From assembly GCA_902764915.1 (NCBI GenBank), contig CACWXY010000067.1, positions 1 through 45,066 of the forward strand: 45,066 nt of DNA. Direction: 5' to 3'. Each line of letters opens with the position of its first letter. Position 1 is the first letter of the stretch. A program made the translations under genes and the position numbers. The notes under the pieces were generated by a model. It searched no databases. It was given only the letters and a program-made list of their open reading frames with translations, and had not been told where the DNA came from. This document shows positions 18,014 through 28,180 of the stretch, piece by piece. The DNA is from an uncultured Eubacteriales bacterium (GTDB lineage: Bacteria; Bacillota; Clostridia; Christensenellales; Aristaeellaceae).

Positions 18014-18409
18014 TTACGGCAGTGCAAAGTATGCAGGAAGCCGGGGCAGCAGCTGTCTGTCGGCGGGAAGAAAGGGCAGGGATTCCAGCTCATCCTGCGC
18101 AATCCACCGGGCGTCGGTGGCCTCCACCAGTGCCAGGTGCGGCGAGCGCAGCCGGCAGAGGAAGCAGTCCATGGTGAGATGAAAGGCAGGATAGTCGTAC
18201 TCGACCGTCCCCACCAGTTCCTCCACGGCGATATCGGCTTCCAGCTCCTCCCGGATTTCCCGCTTCAGGGCTTCCTGCGGCGTTTCGCCGCTTTCGATCT
18301 TCCCGCCGGGAAACTCCCAGCCGCCCTTGAAGTCACCATAGCCGCGCTGGGTGACAAAGAGCCGCTGGTTCTGCATGATTAGGGCAGCAACGACGTGTAT
18401 GTTTTTCAT
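18014..18409 (-). CDS. NUDIX hydrolase (MutT-like).
   Basis: The Nudix box is GGWEFPGGKIESGETPQEALKREIREELE. The ORF-track start at 18475 is too long. Confidence 0.8.
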   Translation of the reverse strand: MKNIHVVAALIMQNQRLFVTQRGYGDFKGGWEFPGGKIESGETPQEALKREIREELEADIAVEELVGTVEYDYPAFHLTMDCFLCRLRSPHLALVEATDARWIAQDELESLPFLPADRQLLPRLPAYFALP

Positions 18410-18416
18410 GACAGCC

Positions 18417-19409
18417 TCATTTCTGTGTATAGCCCATGGCCAGGAGCCGGGCGTTGTGGGCGGTGATTTCCTCATCGGACTCCGCCTTGGACCATCCGCT
18501 CAGGGAGAGAAGGGCGGTATCCTGGGATTCCACGCCCATGTTCCGCCACAGGGACGGCGTGCATCCGATGAGTTCCTTGAAGTGACGGTTGTAGCAGCTC
18601 AGTGAGGTGTAGCCCACCTGTGCGCTGATCTGTGCGATGTCCAGGGAGGACGTGCGCAGAAGGGCGCAGCTTTTGAGAATCCGCACTTGATGCAGGAATG
18701 CCAGGGGACTGGTGCCCGTCTGTTCCTGGAACAGCCGCCGGAAATGGGTGGGACTGATATGGCACAGGCGCGAGAGCGTATCCAGGGGAAAGTTCTCGTC
18801 ATAGTGTGCGCTGATATAGTCAAGGGCCGGCGCCAGACTGAGAGAGGGGACCATGCTTTTTTCCAGGCGCTGGGAAGTACGCGCGTGGAGACGGAGCAGA
18901 TGGGTAAAGAATACACTGCACAGGTCCCGGATGCAGGTCTCGTATCCCATGTCCTGCCGGTTCTGCTCATCGATCATGGCGCGCAGAAGCGTGGCAGCCC
19001 AGGGACAGTCCGCCGCCCTGACCAGCATGGCAGCGGAGGAAAACAGTTTCAGCATGCCGGGCGGGTCCGGCATGGATGCGATGCGGTCCGTCCCCAGAAG
19101 CGCTGCCGGATCCAGGTGCACAAAGGTCCACAGCGCACGTTTTTCCGGCGCGGACCAGATGGTGTGGGGCACATTCGGCGCCAGGCACAGCACATCGCCC
19201 TTCGCGTAGGCGAGACGCTCATCGCCGATGCGCACGGTTCCGCTGTCCGTGTGGCACAGTCCGATCTCAAAGCAGTTGTGAAAATGCAGCTGCAGGCTTT
19301 CCACGGGACTGATGTGCCAGTCGCTGCCCTGGTCAATGTGCAGTGGCGCGTTTCGCCCTGTCATTTCATAGGTCCGGTACTCCACCATCGCTTTTCGGGG
19401 CCTTCCCAT
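18417..19409 (-). CDS. AraC-family transcriptional regulator (cupin-like N-terminal domain plus HTH_18).
   Basis: The C-terminus has ...LDTLSRLCHISPTHFRRLFQEQTGTSPLAFLHQVRILKSCALL.... The RBS is gaggtgagg before MGRPRK. Confidence 0.85.
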   Translation of the reverse strand: MGRPRKAMVEYRTYEMTGRNAPLHIDQGSDWHISPVESLQLHFHNCFEIGLCHTDSGTVRIGDERLAYAKGDVLCLAPNVPHTIWSAPEKRALWTFVHLDPAALLGTDRIASMPDPPGMLKLFSSAAMLVRAADCPWAATLLRAMIDEQNRQDMGYETCIRDLCSVFFTHLLRLHARTSQRLEKSMVPSLSLAPALDYISAHYDENFPLDTLSRLCHISPTHFRRLFQEQTGTSPLAFLHQVRILKSCALLRTSSLDIAQISAQVGYTSLSCYNRHFKELIGCTPSLWRNMGVESQDTALLSLSGWSKAESDEEITAHNARLLAMGYTQK

Positions 19410-19637
19410 TTTCCTCACCTCGCTTCCATCATACCATGTCCTGTAAATTGGACAAGGGGTGGATATTCCATTTATGGTCGAAATCAGTCAGTATTTGACC
19501 AAAACAGAGTGGAACGAGAGCCGTTTTGACGGTATCATTGGTTCTGAAATATATATCGGATATCAGTGTGCATAACCCAGAAATCAAAAGTCGTGTCTGC
19601 CCCTGTTTCTTACAGCGGCGCACAAGAAGGGGATCCT

Positions 19638-20582
19638 ATGCAAAAGAACAAGACAAAAACGCGCCGCGAGAGAACTTCATGGAAGAAAGCCCTCTCCCGT
19701 GACTGGCATCTGTATCTGATGCTGCTGGTGCCTGTCCTTCTGGTGGTTATCTTCAACTATGCCTCCTATCCCGGACTGCGCATGGCCTTCATGGACTATA
19801 AGCCGGCCAAGGGCTATGCGGGCAGCAAATGGGTGGGCTGGGATACCTTTGCCAAGGTATTCCGGGACCGGGATTTCACCCGTGCGCTGAAGAACTCCCT
19901 GGTCTTCAATCTTCTGGACCTGGTGGTCAGCTTCCCGATGCCGATCATACTGGCACTGATGCTCAACGAACTTCGGTTCCCGCGCTTCAAGAAAGTGACG
20001 CAGACGGTACTCTATCTGCCGCACTTCCTCAGCTGGGTTATCATCGGGTCCGTGGCCTATCAGCTGTTCAAGCCCACCACCGGTATCGTTAACGTGCTGT
20101 TCATGAACTGGGGATGGATCCAGCAGGGCATACCGTTCCTGACGGAGAAATGGCACTGGGCAGCCACCTACCTGCTCATCGGCGTATGGCAGGGCATGGG
20201 CTGGGGCACCATCATCTACCTGGCAGCCATTACCGGCATCAGCGGCGAGCTCTATGAGGCGGCCATGATTGACGGCGCCACCCGTCTGCAGCGCATCTGG
20301 CATATTACGCTGCCCGGCATCCGCAGCACGATCGTTATTCTTCTGATCATGAATCTGGGCAAGATCATGGGAAGCAATTACGAGCGTCTGGACGTGTTCG
20401 GCAACACGCAGGTCAAGGATTTCCAGTATCAGCTGGCCATCTATATCTATGAAAAGGGTCTTGCCAGCTCCAAGTTCAGCATGGCAACGGCTGTGGGTCT
20501 CTTCCAGTCCCTGGTGGGGCTGATCCTGGTTCTGGCCAGCGATCGCTTTGCCAAGGCCCTGGGCGAAGACGGACTGCTGTAA
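19638..20582 (+). CDS. Carbohydrate ABC transporter permease (LplB/YtcP-like, long-N-terminus type).
   Basis: It has 6 TM helices and the EAA-like motif YEAAMIDGATRLQRIWHITLP. Confidence 0.85.
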   Translation: MQKNKTKTRRERTSWKKALSRDWHLYLMLLVPVLLVVIFNYASYPGLRMAFMDYKPAKGYAGSKWVGWDTFAKVFRDRDFTRALKNSLVFNLLDLVVSFPMPIILALMLNELRFPRFKKVTQTVLYLPHFLSWVIIGSVAYQLFKPTTGIVNVLFMNWGWIQQGIPFLTEKWHWAATYLLIGVWQGMGWGTIIYLAAITGISGELYEAAMIDGATRLQRIWHITLPGIRSTIVILLIMNLGKIMGSNYERLDVFGNTQVKDFQYQLAIYIYEKGLASSKFSMATAVGLFQSLVGLILVLASDRFAKALGEDGLL

Positions 20583-20595
20583 GGAGGTGGAGAGC

Positions 20596-21516
20596 ATGGC
20601 AAAAGAAAAAGTCAAGGAGTTTGACACGGTCAATGACGGCACCCATGCCATTCATAAGTTTGGCGTCGGCGATTTCCTGATGATGGCCTTCCTGGTGCTG
20701 CTGTGTCTTACCTGTATCCTGCCCTTTGTCCACCTGGCGGCCAAGTCCATTTCCAGTAATACGGCGGTCATGCAGAAGTCCGTCGTACTCTGGCCCAAGG
20801 GCATCAACATGGACGCGTACAATACCATTTTTGAGGACGGCTCCCTGGTGCGCTCCTTCGGGTTCAGCGTCATGGTGACCATTATCTTTACCGCCATGGG
20901 CATGGTCGCCTGCATTTGCGCTGCGTATCCGCTGTCCAAGAAGCGCCTGAAGGGGCGGACGTTCTTCACCTTTATCCTGATGTTCCCCATGTACTTCGGT
21001 GCGGGCCTGATCCCGACCTATCTGCTCTACAAGAACCTGCATCTGCTCAATACCATGTGGGTGCTGATTCTGCCGCTGATCTACTCAGCCTATAACATGC
21101 TGATCATGAAGAGCTATTTCCAGTCCACGATCCCGGACAGCATGGAGGAGGCCGCGTTCCTGGACGGCGCCAATAACTTCCAGATCCTGTTCAGAATTGT
21201 ACTGCCCCTGTCCAAGCCGATCCTGGCCACACTGGCGCTGTTCTATGCCGTGGGCCGCTGGAACGCGTATGCGGACAACAAGTACTACACGACGGCAGAA
21301 GGCCTGAAACTGGTCCAGTACAAGCTCTATCAGCTGGTGGCCTCCGCCACCGAGGCGCAGACGGCCACGCTGTCCGAAGCCATTGAAGTGACCAGTACGC
21401 CGGAAGTGCTGCAGGCTGCGTGCATCATGTTCACCACCATCCCGATTATCTGCATCTATCCCTTCCTGCAGAAGTACTTTGTAAAGGGCGTCATGATCGG
21501 CGCCGTGAAGGGCTGA
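20596..21516 (+). CDS. Carbohydrate ABC transporter permease (LplC/YtcQ-like).
   Basis: The EAA-like motif is EEAAFLDGANNFQILFRIVLPLSKP. The RBS is aaggagg. Confidence 0.85.
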   Translation: MAKEKVKEFDTVNDGTHAIHKFGVGDFLMMAFLVLLCLTCILPFVHLAAKSISSNTAVMQKSVVLWPKGINMDAYNTIFEDGSLVRSFGFSVMVTIIFTAMGMVACICAAYPLSKKRLKGRTFFTFILMFPMYFGAGLIPTYLLYKNLHLLNTMWVLILPLIYSAYNMLIMKSYFQSTIPDSMEEAAFLDGANNFQILFRIVLPLSKPILATLALFYAVGRWNAYADNKYYTTAEGLKLVQYKLYQLVASATEAQTATLSEAIEVTSTPEVLQAACIMFTTIPIICIYPFLQKYFVKGVMIGAVKG

Positions 21517-21568
21517 TACCGTTTTTCAGGGGCAGGTGCCCTGAAAATAGATGAAGGAGGATATACCT

Positions 21569-23206
21569 ATGAAGAAGATCCTGTCACTGGTGCTGGCAGC
21601 TGCCATGCTGCTGACCCTGATGCCTCTGGCCATGGCCGAAGGCACCACCGATTGGGAACCCTTTGCCGAGAACGTGTCCATCACAATCCCTGTGTATGAC
21701 CGCGGCCAGGCCGGCGTACCCAATGTGGAAGGCAACTATTGGACCGAGTGGATTCAGAAGAACTTCGGCGACAAGTACAACATTACCGTGAACTATGTCG
21801 CGATCCCGCGTACCGACGTTATGACCAAGTATTCCATGCTGGCGGCAGCCGAAGACCTGCCCACCATCCTGATGGAATATGACTATCCGAAGGTCACCCA
21901 GTGGGCCGCTGACGGCTATCTGACCGAGTTCGACATGGACGAGTTCGCCAAGGTCGCTCCGACCTACTACAACCGCATGGTCGAAATGAATCAGCTGACC
22001 TATACCAAGATCAATGGCGATACCTACTTTGTCGCCGCCTATCGTCCCTACTATGACACCAGCTATACCTTCCAGAGCTTCGTGCGTATGGACTGGCTCC
22101 GTCAGGTCGGCTATGACCATGTGCCGGTAACCACTTCCGAGTACAATGACGCCATGCAGAAGATCATGGACGCCGGCATTGCCGCGCATCCCGCCGGCGG
22201 CGTCATGGTTACGGGCGTGGGCTCTGACCAGAACTATCAGTGGCGCACCTGGCCGCTGGATGAAAAAGAGTGGGCCATGTATGGCGATTACAACATCCCG
22301 GCTCTGGGTTGGGAGCCGAACTATCGCCTGCTGAAGAACGAGAACCACAAGTACAATATCGGCATGACCAACCCCGAGTACTATCTGACCGGAACCGAAG
22401 ATGAAAAGACCAACTTCATCAACGGCGAAACCTATCAGTATGGTGCCTACATTTCCGCTTCCATGGACTGGCTCACTGCCTTCTATGAGGCGAATCCCGA
22501 CGCCGAGCTGGCCATTGTTCCCGTCAACGGCAAGATTGACGCCGAATACGGCACCACCCCCGGCTACCGCACCGACAACCCCTTCGGCATGATGGTCGGC
22601 TTCTCCAGCTTTGCCACCGAAGACCAGATCAAGGCTGCCTGGATGTACATGGAATGGCTGACCCAGCCTGAAAACCTCTTTACCTTCCAGTGGGGCATTG
22701 AGGGCGAAAACTTCAACTATGACGAAGAAGGCCTGCCGCAGACCGACAGCAATTACAACGGCGAGTATAAGATGGGCTTCAGCAATAACAAGGACTACTG
22801 GTGCGTGACCATCGAAGCACGCCAGGCCGGTACCATCGAAGACGTCATCGCCAATAACCTGCCGCATGACCTGCCCCAGGACTTCACGCAGGACATCATC
22901 GACTGGTACTATGACAAGGTCGCCGTCCGTGATGCGGGCTGGGCCATTGCCAATGCGCTCTATTCCGTGTCCATGGAATCCGAAGCGGAATACCAGACCA
23001 CACTGACCAACCTGTACAAGGAATATCGCGATAAGCTGACCATGTGCAGCGAGGAAGAATTCGACGCGCTGTATGCACAGTATGCCCAGGAATACCTCGA
23101 TGCCGGCTATCAGGCCGTTATCGACGAGCGTGCCGAGGCGTACGAAGCCGGCAACTCCACGCATCTGCTGAACCAGACCGCGACGGAAGTTGACCTGAAC
23201 AAGTAA
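21569..23206 (+). CDS. Extracellular solute-binding lipoprotein of the sugar ABC transporter (LplA-like, ~545 aa).
   Basis: The signal peptide is MKKILSLVLAAAMLLTLMPLAMA. The RBS is ggagga. Confidence 0.85.
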   Translation: MKKILSLVLAAAMLLTLMPLAMAEGTTDWEPFAENVSITIPVYDRGQAGVPNVEGNYWTEWIQKNFGDKYNITVNYVAIPRTDVMTKYSMLAAAEDLPTILMEYDYPKVTQWAADGYLTEFDMDEFAKVAPTYYNRMVEMNQLTYTKINGDTYFVAAYRPYYDTSYTFQSFVRMDWLRQVGYDHVPVTTSEYNDAMQKIMDAGIAAHPAGGVMVTGVGSDQNYQWRTWPLDEKEWAMYGDYNIPALGWEPNYRLLKNENHKYNIGMTNPEYYLTGTEDEKTNFINGETYQYGAYISASMDWLTAFYEANPDAELAIVPVNGKIDAEYGTTPGYRTDNPFGMMVGFSSFATEDQIKAAWMYMEWLTQPENLFTFQWGIEGENFNYDEEGLPQTDSNYNGEYKMGFSNNKDYWCVTIEARQAGTIEDVIANNLPHDLPQDFTQDIIDWYYDKVAVRDAGWAIANALYSVSMESEAEYQTTLTNLYKEYRDKLTMCSEEEFDALYAQYAQEYLDAGYQAVIDERAEAYEAGNSTHLLNQTATEVDLNK

Positions 23207-23334
23207 TTGCGATACGCTTTGGGACCGAGGGGAAACCCTTGGTCCCTTTTTTCGCGCGCAGGCAGGAATTGGAAAACGCGGAAAGAATGAACCGGGGGAC
23301 GGGCGTGCAACAGGAAACAGGAGGCGACGAAACA

Positions 23335-25629
23335 ATGGAGAGACGCGAGCGGGTTCTGAAACAGTGGATGTTTGCCAGAGGCGAGACACAGCCGGCAGCG
23401 AATGCCTGGGAAGAAGTGACAGTGCCCCATGACTGGTGCGCCGCGGAAACCGTGACGCAGTCAGCAGCCCTGGGCATGGCGCAGGGCTTTTTCCCGCGCG
23501 GCGGGATCGGCTGGTATGCCTGTGAAGTGAGCGTGGCGGACAGACAGCCGGACCGGCGGTATGTGCTGGACTTTGACGGCGTGTTTGAGTGCAGTACGGT
23601 CTGGGTCAACGGAATCGAGGCCGGCGGGCAGCGGTATGGGTATACGCCCTTTGCGCTGGACGTGACCGAAGCCATACGCGCGGGCCATAACCGGATCCTG
23701 GTGCGCGTGGATAATACACGGCAACCGGCGGACCGCTGGTATTCCGGCTGCGGGATCTATCGCCCGGTGCGCTTTTGGGAAATGGACGCGGTATGCCTGA
23801 ACCCGGAAAAGGTCTGTATTACCGCGGATGTCACGGACGCATGCGCCGGGATCCGTATACAGACTGGCTGCGCGGAACCGGTGCAGGCCCGGCTGTTTGA
23901 CGCAGCGCATCAGCTGGTGGCGGAAACGGAAGGCACGGAGGAACTGACGCTTACCCTCACGTCCCCGCACCGCTGGTCGGCGGATGACCCCTACCTGTAT
24001 ACGCTCCGGCTTTCGCTTGCCTCCGGGGACGCCATAGAGATGCGCACCGGCCTTCGGGACGTACGGTTTGACCGGGACAGAGGGCTTTTGATCAACGGCG
24101 AGAGCGTAACACTGCGCGGCGTCTGTCTGCACCAGGACCTGGGCGCGCTGGGGATTGCGCAGAGCCCGGAAATGTGGCGCGACAGGCTCTGGCAGCTGAA
24201 GAAGCTGGGCGTCAATGCACTGCGCCTGGCACATCATGTGTACAGCCGGGAAATGCTGGACCTGTGCGATGAAATGGGCTTTTATGTCTACAGCGAATGC
24301 TTTGACAAGTGGCACAGTGGGCTGTACGGCCGGTACTTTGACGAGGACTGGGCGCATGATCTGTCAGCCATGATTCTGCGGAACCGAAACCGTCCGTGTA
24401 TCCTGATCTGGGGCGTGGGCAATGAAGTGGAAAACCAGGGCCAGATGTCCATGCTGGAAACACTGCGTATGCTGACGGACAAGGCACGGGCGCTGGATCC
24501 CACGCGTCCTGTGACCTATGCCATGAACCCGCACTTCAAGCGCGAAGGCAGGAAAATCGATTTTTCCAAGGTCATGGATATTCAGAAGATCGTGGATGAA
24601 GCGGATGAGCAGGAGATTGAGGACGCGGATGAGCGCGTGGAGCGCATCTGCGGGATTGCGCAGTATGTGGATATCCTCTCCTGTAATTATCAGGAGCAGT
24701 GGTTTGACCGGATTCACAGACGAATCCCGGATAAGCTGATCCTGACCACGGAAGCCTATCCCTTCTTTGTGGGGCATACGGACAGCATGCAGAACTATAC
24801 ACAGCAGATCCCGGCCCTGATCCCGGAAAAGGCGCCGTATACCATCGGCAGCTTCATCTGGACCGGGTACGATTACCTGGGCGAGTCCATGGACTGGCCC
24901 AGCAAGGGCTGGACAGGCAGTCTTCTGCGGCTGGACAATACCATGCGCTGCGCCGCCTATATACTCAGGGGCCAGTGGGTCAGGGAACCCATGGTGCATA
25001 TCTCGGTGCTGGACAATGTACTGGGTGACGAGCTCACCAAGGGCCACTGGGCATGCCCGCCCTATGAGGATGTCTGGGACTTCCCGCAGCTGCATCAGGG
25101 CGTTGTGCCCTACCTGATCGCGACCAACTGCGAGCGCGTGGAGATTCATGTGGCCGGGCGCGTGTTCCATCCGGACATGCGCGGTCTGCGGGACGGGTAT
25201 ATGCAGGGCTTCATTCCCTGGCTTCCGGGTACACTGGAAGTATGGGGATTCATGGGTGAAAAGCGCGTGTGCACGCATGCGCTGGTGACGCCCGGTCCGG
25301 CAGCTGCGCTGACACTCTCCAGCGCCGGATCGCGCCGTGTACTGCCCGGGGAAAGACAGCTTCTGACAGCGGAGGTCACGGACCGGGACGGCCATCCGTG
25401 CATCCGCTCCGTGGCCCCGGTGACGTTCACGGCCAAGGGGGATGTGCGTATTGTGGCCACGCAGAGCGCCAACCTGATGGACCACACCCCGTTTACCGCG
25501 CATACACTGCCGGCATGGCACGGAAAGGCCAGTGTCATTATCGAGCGCACAGGCAGCGGAAGCGCGGAGGTGCGGGCGTCCAGCGCAGGCATGGCAGACG
25601 GCGTGTATGTGCTGGCAGACAGGGCATAG
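23335..25629 (+). CDS. Glycoside hydrolase family 2 (beta-galactosidase / beta-glucuronidase-like).
   Basis: It has a GH2 sugar-binding N-domain (VPHDW), a TIM barrel with NEV...E and WSGL... motifs, and ILIWGVGNE. The RBS is aggagg before MERRER. Confidence 0.8.
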   Translation: MERRERVLKQWMFARGETQPAANAWEEVTVPHDWCAAETVTQSAALGMAQGFFPRGGIGWYACEVSVADRQPDRRYVLDFDGVFECSTVWVNGIEAGGQRYGYTPFALDVTEAIRAGHNRILVRVDNTRQPADRWYSGCGIYRPVRFWEMDAVCLNPEKVCITADVTDACAGIRIQTGCAEPVQARLFDAAHQLVAETEGTEELTLTLTSPHRWSADDPYLYTLRLSLASGDAIEMRTGLRDVRFDRDRGLLINGESVTLRGVCLHQDLGALGIAQSPEMWRDRLWQLKKLGVNALRLAHHVYSREMLDLCDEMGFYVYSECFDKWHSGLYGRYFDEDWAHDLSAMILRNRNRPCILIWGVGNEVENQGQMSMLETLRMLTDKARALDPTRPVTYAMNPHFKREGRKIDFSKVMDIQKIVDEADEQEIEDADERVERICGIAQYVDILSCNYQEQWFDRIHRRIPDKLILTTEAYPFFVGHTDSMQNYTQQIPALIPEKAPYTIGSFIWTGYDYLGESMDWPSKGWTGSLLRLDNTMRCAAYILRGQWVREPMVHISVLDNVLGDELTKGHWACPPYEDVWDFPQLHQGVVPYLIATNCERVEIHVAGRVFHPDMRGLRDGYMQGFIPWLPGTLEVWGFMGEKRVCTHALVTPGPAAALTLSSAGSRRVLPGERQLLTAEVTDRDGHPCIRSVAPVTFTAKGDVRIVATQSANLMDHTPFTAHTLPAWHGKASVIIERTGSGSAEVRASSAGMADGVYVLADRA

Positions 25630-25707
25630 GCCCGTGAAAGCGGTGCGTCCTGTACTGTCTCGGACAGGCAAGGCGCAGTCTTTTCACTGTACAGGGAGGG
25701 AAGCGAC

Positions 25708-26013
25708 ATGCAATATGACAAGCTCGTCCGGGACCGGATTCCGCAGATCATACAGGACAGCGGAAAGATTGCGGTGACAGCGCCTGTTAAAGACATAGAC
25801 CAGGCACTGGACCGCAAGCTCCGGGAGGAGACAGACGAATACCTGGAGAGCCACAGCCCGGAGGAGATGGCGGATATCCTGGAAGTCCTGCACGGGATTG
25901 CATACCATGCGGGCATGGACTGGGACGCGCTGGAAGCGCTACGGCTGAAAAAGCGCGCGGAACGGGGCGGGTTTGAAAAGGGAATCCGTCTTCTGGAAGT
26001 CAGAGATAGGTAA
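25708..26013 (+). CDS. Small MazG-like nucleoside triphosphate pyrophosphohydrolase (phosphoribosyl-ATP pyrophosphohydrolase fold).
   Basis: The protein reads KLVRDRIPQI...EE..DE..E... and is ~100 aa. The RBS is gggaggg. Confidence 0.65.
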   Translation: MQYDKLVRDRIPQIIQDSGKIAVTAPVKDIDQALDRKLREETDEYLESHSPEEMADILEVLHGIAYHAGMDWDALEALRLKKRAERGGFEKGIRLLEVRDR

Positions 26014-26031
26014 GGGAAGGAGGCGTCCGGC

Positions 26032-26358
26032 ATGCCGGCCAGAATGAGCAGCAAAGGCAACAGCGGTGCAGAAGACCGGTTTATTTCGCTGTTTGCGGAG
26101 ACATTCGGCCCGGAGAAGGCGCAGTACCTGCACATGCAGTACCCGACACTGGACATCTCCTTCTCGCGTTCCTGGATCATATGGACCGGGATGGGAAAGC
26201 CTGGCTGGAGGATATCACGGCATCCTTCCGCACGTTCTATGATGCGCGGATCGAGCGCGGACAGCCGGCGGAAAAGCGCTCCTGTATACTGACCCGGGGC
26301 GGGTATACGGATAAGGATGTGGAGCGGCTGATCCTGAGCATGCCCCTACAGGCGCTTT
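26032..26358 (+). pseudogene. Hypothetical ORF with an apparent +1 frameshift near 26170. The second frame continues ...AWLEDITASFRTFYDARIERGQPAEKRSCILTRGGYTDKDVERLILSMPLQAL.
   Basis: Coding-like translation switches frame mid-ORF. Confidence 0.3.
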
Positions 26359-26577
26359 GAACAGATGAACATCATGCATCACGCAAGACAGCTCGGCTAT
26401 ATCCAATTGCATGACGCCATAGCCAGGCGGATGGATGCGGATACCGTTGCCATCCTCCGGGAACGCTGCCGGCGAGTGCTGCGGAAGTACTTCGGAGAAA
26501 ACACTGACTGTGATCCTGCGTAGCGGACAGCGCGGCGGGGCAGAATACCGGTAAGGCGAGGAAAGAAGGGGAAAGGC

Positions 26578-27300
26578 ATGCAGGATACGCTGCTGATTCG
26601 TGAAGTCCGCATGGACTGGGACAGGATCGCGCAGGACAGCTATCTGCGGCGCATTCCCGCTCTGTGCGGCAGAAGCACGCTTGCGTTCCATAAGGCGGTT
26701 ACCTTCTTTGCGGGCGAGAACGGCAGCGGTAAGTCGACGCTCCTGGAAGCAATTGCTGTCGCGGCGGGGTTTAACCCGGAGGGCGGAACCAGGAATTATC
26801 ACTTCTCCACCTATGACTCGCATTCCGCGCTCTGGAATGCCGTTCGCCTGGTGCGTGGCGTGCGCCCGCTACAGTGGGGCTATTTTCTGCGGGCGGAGAG
26901 CTTTTACAATGTGGCTACGCAGGAGGAAGCCTACAGCCGGGAACAGGGCGGCCGGCCGCAGCACTTTCATAAGCGGTCCCACGGCGAGAGCTTTCTGGCA
27001 CTGATGCAGGATACCTTCCGCGGGGAAGGCCTGTACATACTGGATGAGCCGGAGGCAGCCCTTTCGCCCCAGCGGCAGCTGACACTGCTTATGGAGATGG
27101 ATCGGTGCAGGCGGGCTGGGGCGCAGTTCCTGATAGCGACGCACTCGCCTGTTCTGCTGGGACTGCCGGATGCGGAGATTCTTTCGTTCGATCAGGGAAG
27201 TATTCAGCCGATCGCCTATGAGGAAACAGAGAGCTATCGGGTAACGTCAATGTTCATTGCGCATAGGGAACAGCTGCTGCGGCAGATTCTGGACGCATGA
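26578..27300 (+). CDS. AAA-family ATPase (ABC/RecF-like P-loop, AAA_21-type).
   Basis: Walker A is FFAGENGSGKSTLLEAI. Walker B and D-loop are GLYILDEPEAALSP. The H-loop is IATHSP. Confidence 0.7.
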   Translation: MQDTLLIREVRMDWDRIAQDSYLRRIPALCGRSTLAFHKAVTFFAGENGSGKSTLLEAIAVAAGFNPEGGTRNYHFSTYDSHSALWNAVRLVRGVRPLQWGYFLRAESFYNVATQEEAYSREQGGRPQHFHKRSHGESFLALMQDTFRGEGLYILDEPEAALSPQRQLTLLMEMDRCRRAGAQFLIATHSPVLLGLPDAEILSFDQGSIQPIAYEETESYRVTSMFIAHREQLLRQILDA

Positions 27301-27418
27301 GGCATACCGCGGAACGGGGCGTGACAGCGGGGCAGGGAAGAGCGAACAGAGACAACAGGAATGTGATATTCTATATATGAAGCATATGCGAGAGGAAAAG
27401 CCTTCGCAAAATAAACAG

Positions 27419-27446
27419 TTGACAATCACGGGAAAAGCAGTATAAT
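27419..27446 (+). promoter_or_regulatory. Consensus sigma-A promoter (TTGACA-16-TATAAT) for tRNA-Ser.
   Basis: The boxes are ttgaca at 27419 and tataat at 27441. The tRNA starts at 27474. Confidence 0.5.
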
Positions 27447-27473
27447 CTTTGCTACCGGCCAGCAGCAATGCGT

Positions 27474-27561
27474 GCAGAAGTACCCAAGTGGCCGAAGGGG
27501 CTCCCCTGCTAAGGGAGTAGGCGGGTTAAACCGCGCCCGGGTTCAAATCCCGGCTTCTGCG
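27474..27561 (+). tRNA. tRNA-Ser (anticodon GCT), class II with a long variable arm. CCA is not encoded.
   Basis: - The gene reads GCAGAAG-TA-CCCAAGTGGCCGAAGGGG-CTCCC-CTGCTAA-GGGAG-TAGGCGGGTTAAACCGCGCC-CGGGTTCAAATCCCG-GCTTCTGC-G.
- The acceptor stems pair perfectly. Confidence 0.85.
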
Positions 27562-27567
27562 CATCCA

Positions 27568-27610
27568 AACCTCGAGAACCCTGATATTTCGGGCATTCCC
27601 GAGGTTTTTC
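27568..27610 (+). terminator. Putative terminator after tRNA-Ser (CCTCG...CGAGG stem followed by TTTTT).
   Basis: The sequence is aacctcgagaaccctgatatttcgggcattcccgaggttttt. Confidence 0.4.
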
Positions 27611-27692
27611 TATTGCAAATTTGAGTAACACGTGATGACCGAATCGTACATCAAACATAGCCAAAAATCGATCATTTTGGCACGTTATTTTT

Positions 27693-27739
27693 CTATTGAC
27701 ACCTCTATTGACACCTCTATTGACACCTTATTGACACCT
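27693..27739. repeat. Tandem 12-bp repeat CTATTGACACCT x4, each unit containing a TTGACA hexamer.
   Basis: The sequence is ctattgacacctctattgacacctctattgacaccttattgacacct. Confidence 0.7.
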
Positions 27740-28180
27740 GAGCTATTTTATTTGAATGCCGTGAGATATCAGGATAAAAATAAAGAGGAGCCAATGAAAA
27801 TATGACGGTAGCGCACGGAAGACTGGAAAAATGGTGCCGGGAAGGCATATAAAGCTGTACTCAGTTGTGGAGTAGGTGAGAAAATTTAAAGTACAATAAA
27901 GTACAAAATCAGATCAGGGCTCATGGGCATATTGAACATAGAACGCATTTGAGAATAAAACAAGTGAAAAAAGATATTGCGGTTTCGACGTTGATAATGG
28001 ATTCCATGAGCATGCAGAAACATTGAAAAGCACCAGCCGGATGACTGGTGCTCGGATAGACATTATATGATCAATTGAGATGTATCAGGTAAGAACGAGG
28101 ACTTCATCATTCAGCCCGCGTTTTGAAAACAGGAATATGTTGAAACGACGAAACACATAAGAATTCGCTGCGATCCATGC

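Noticed and set aside
27693-27739. CRISPR array
   Set aside because: It is four 12-bp units in direct tandem with no spacers. This is far below CRISPR repeat/spacer dimensions, and no cas genes are nearby.
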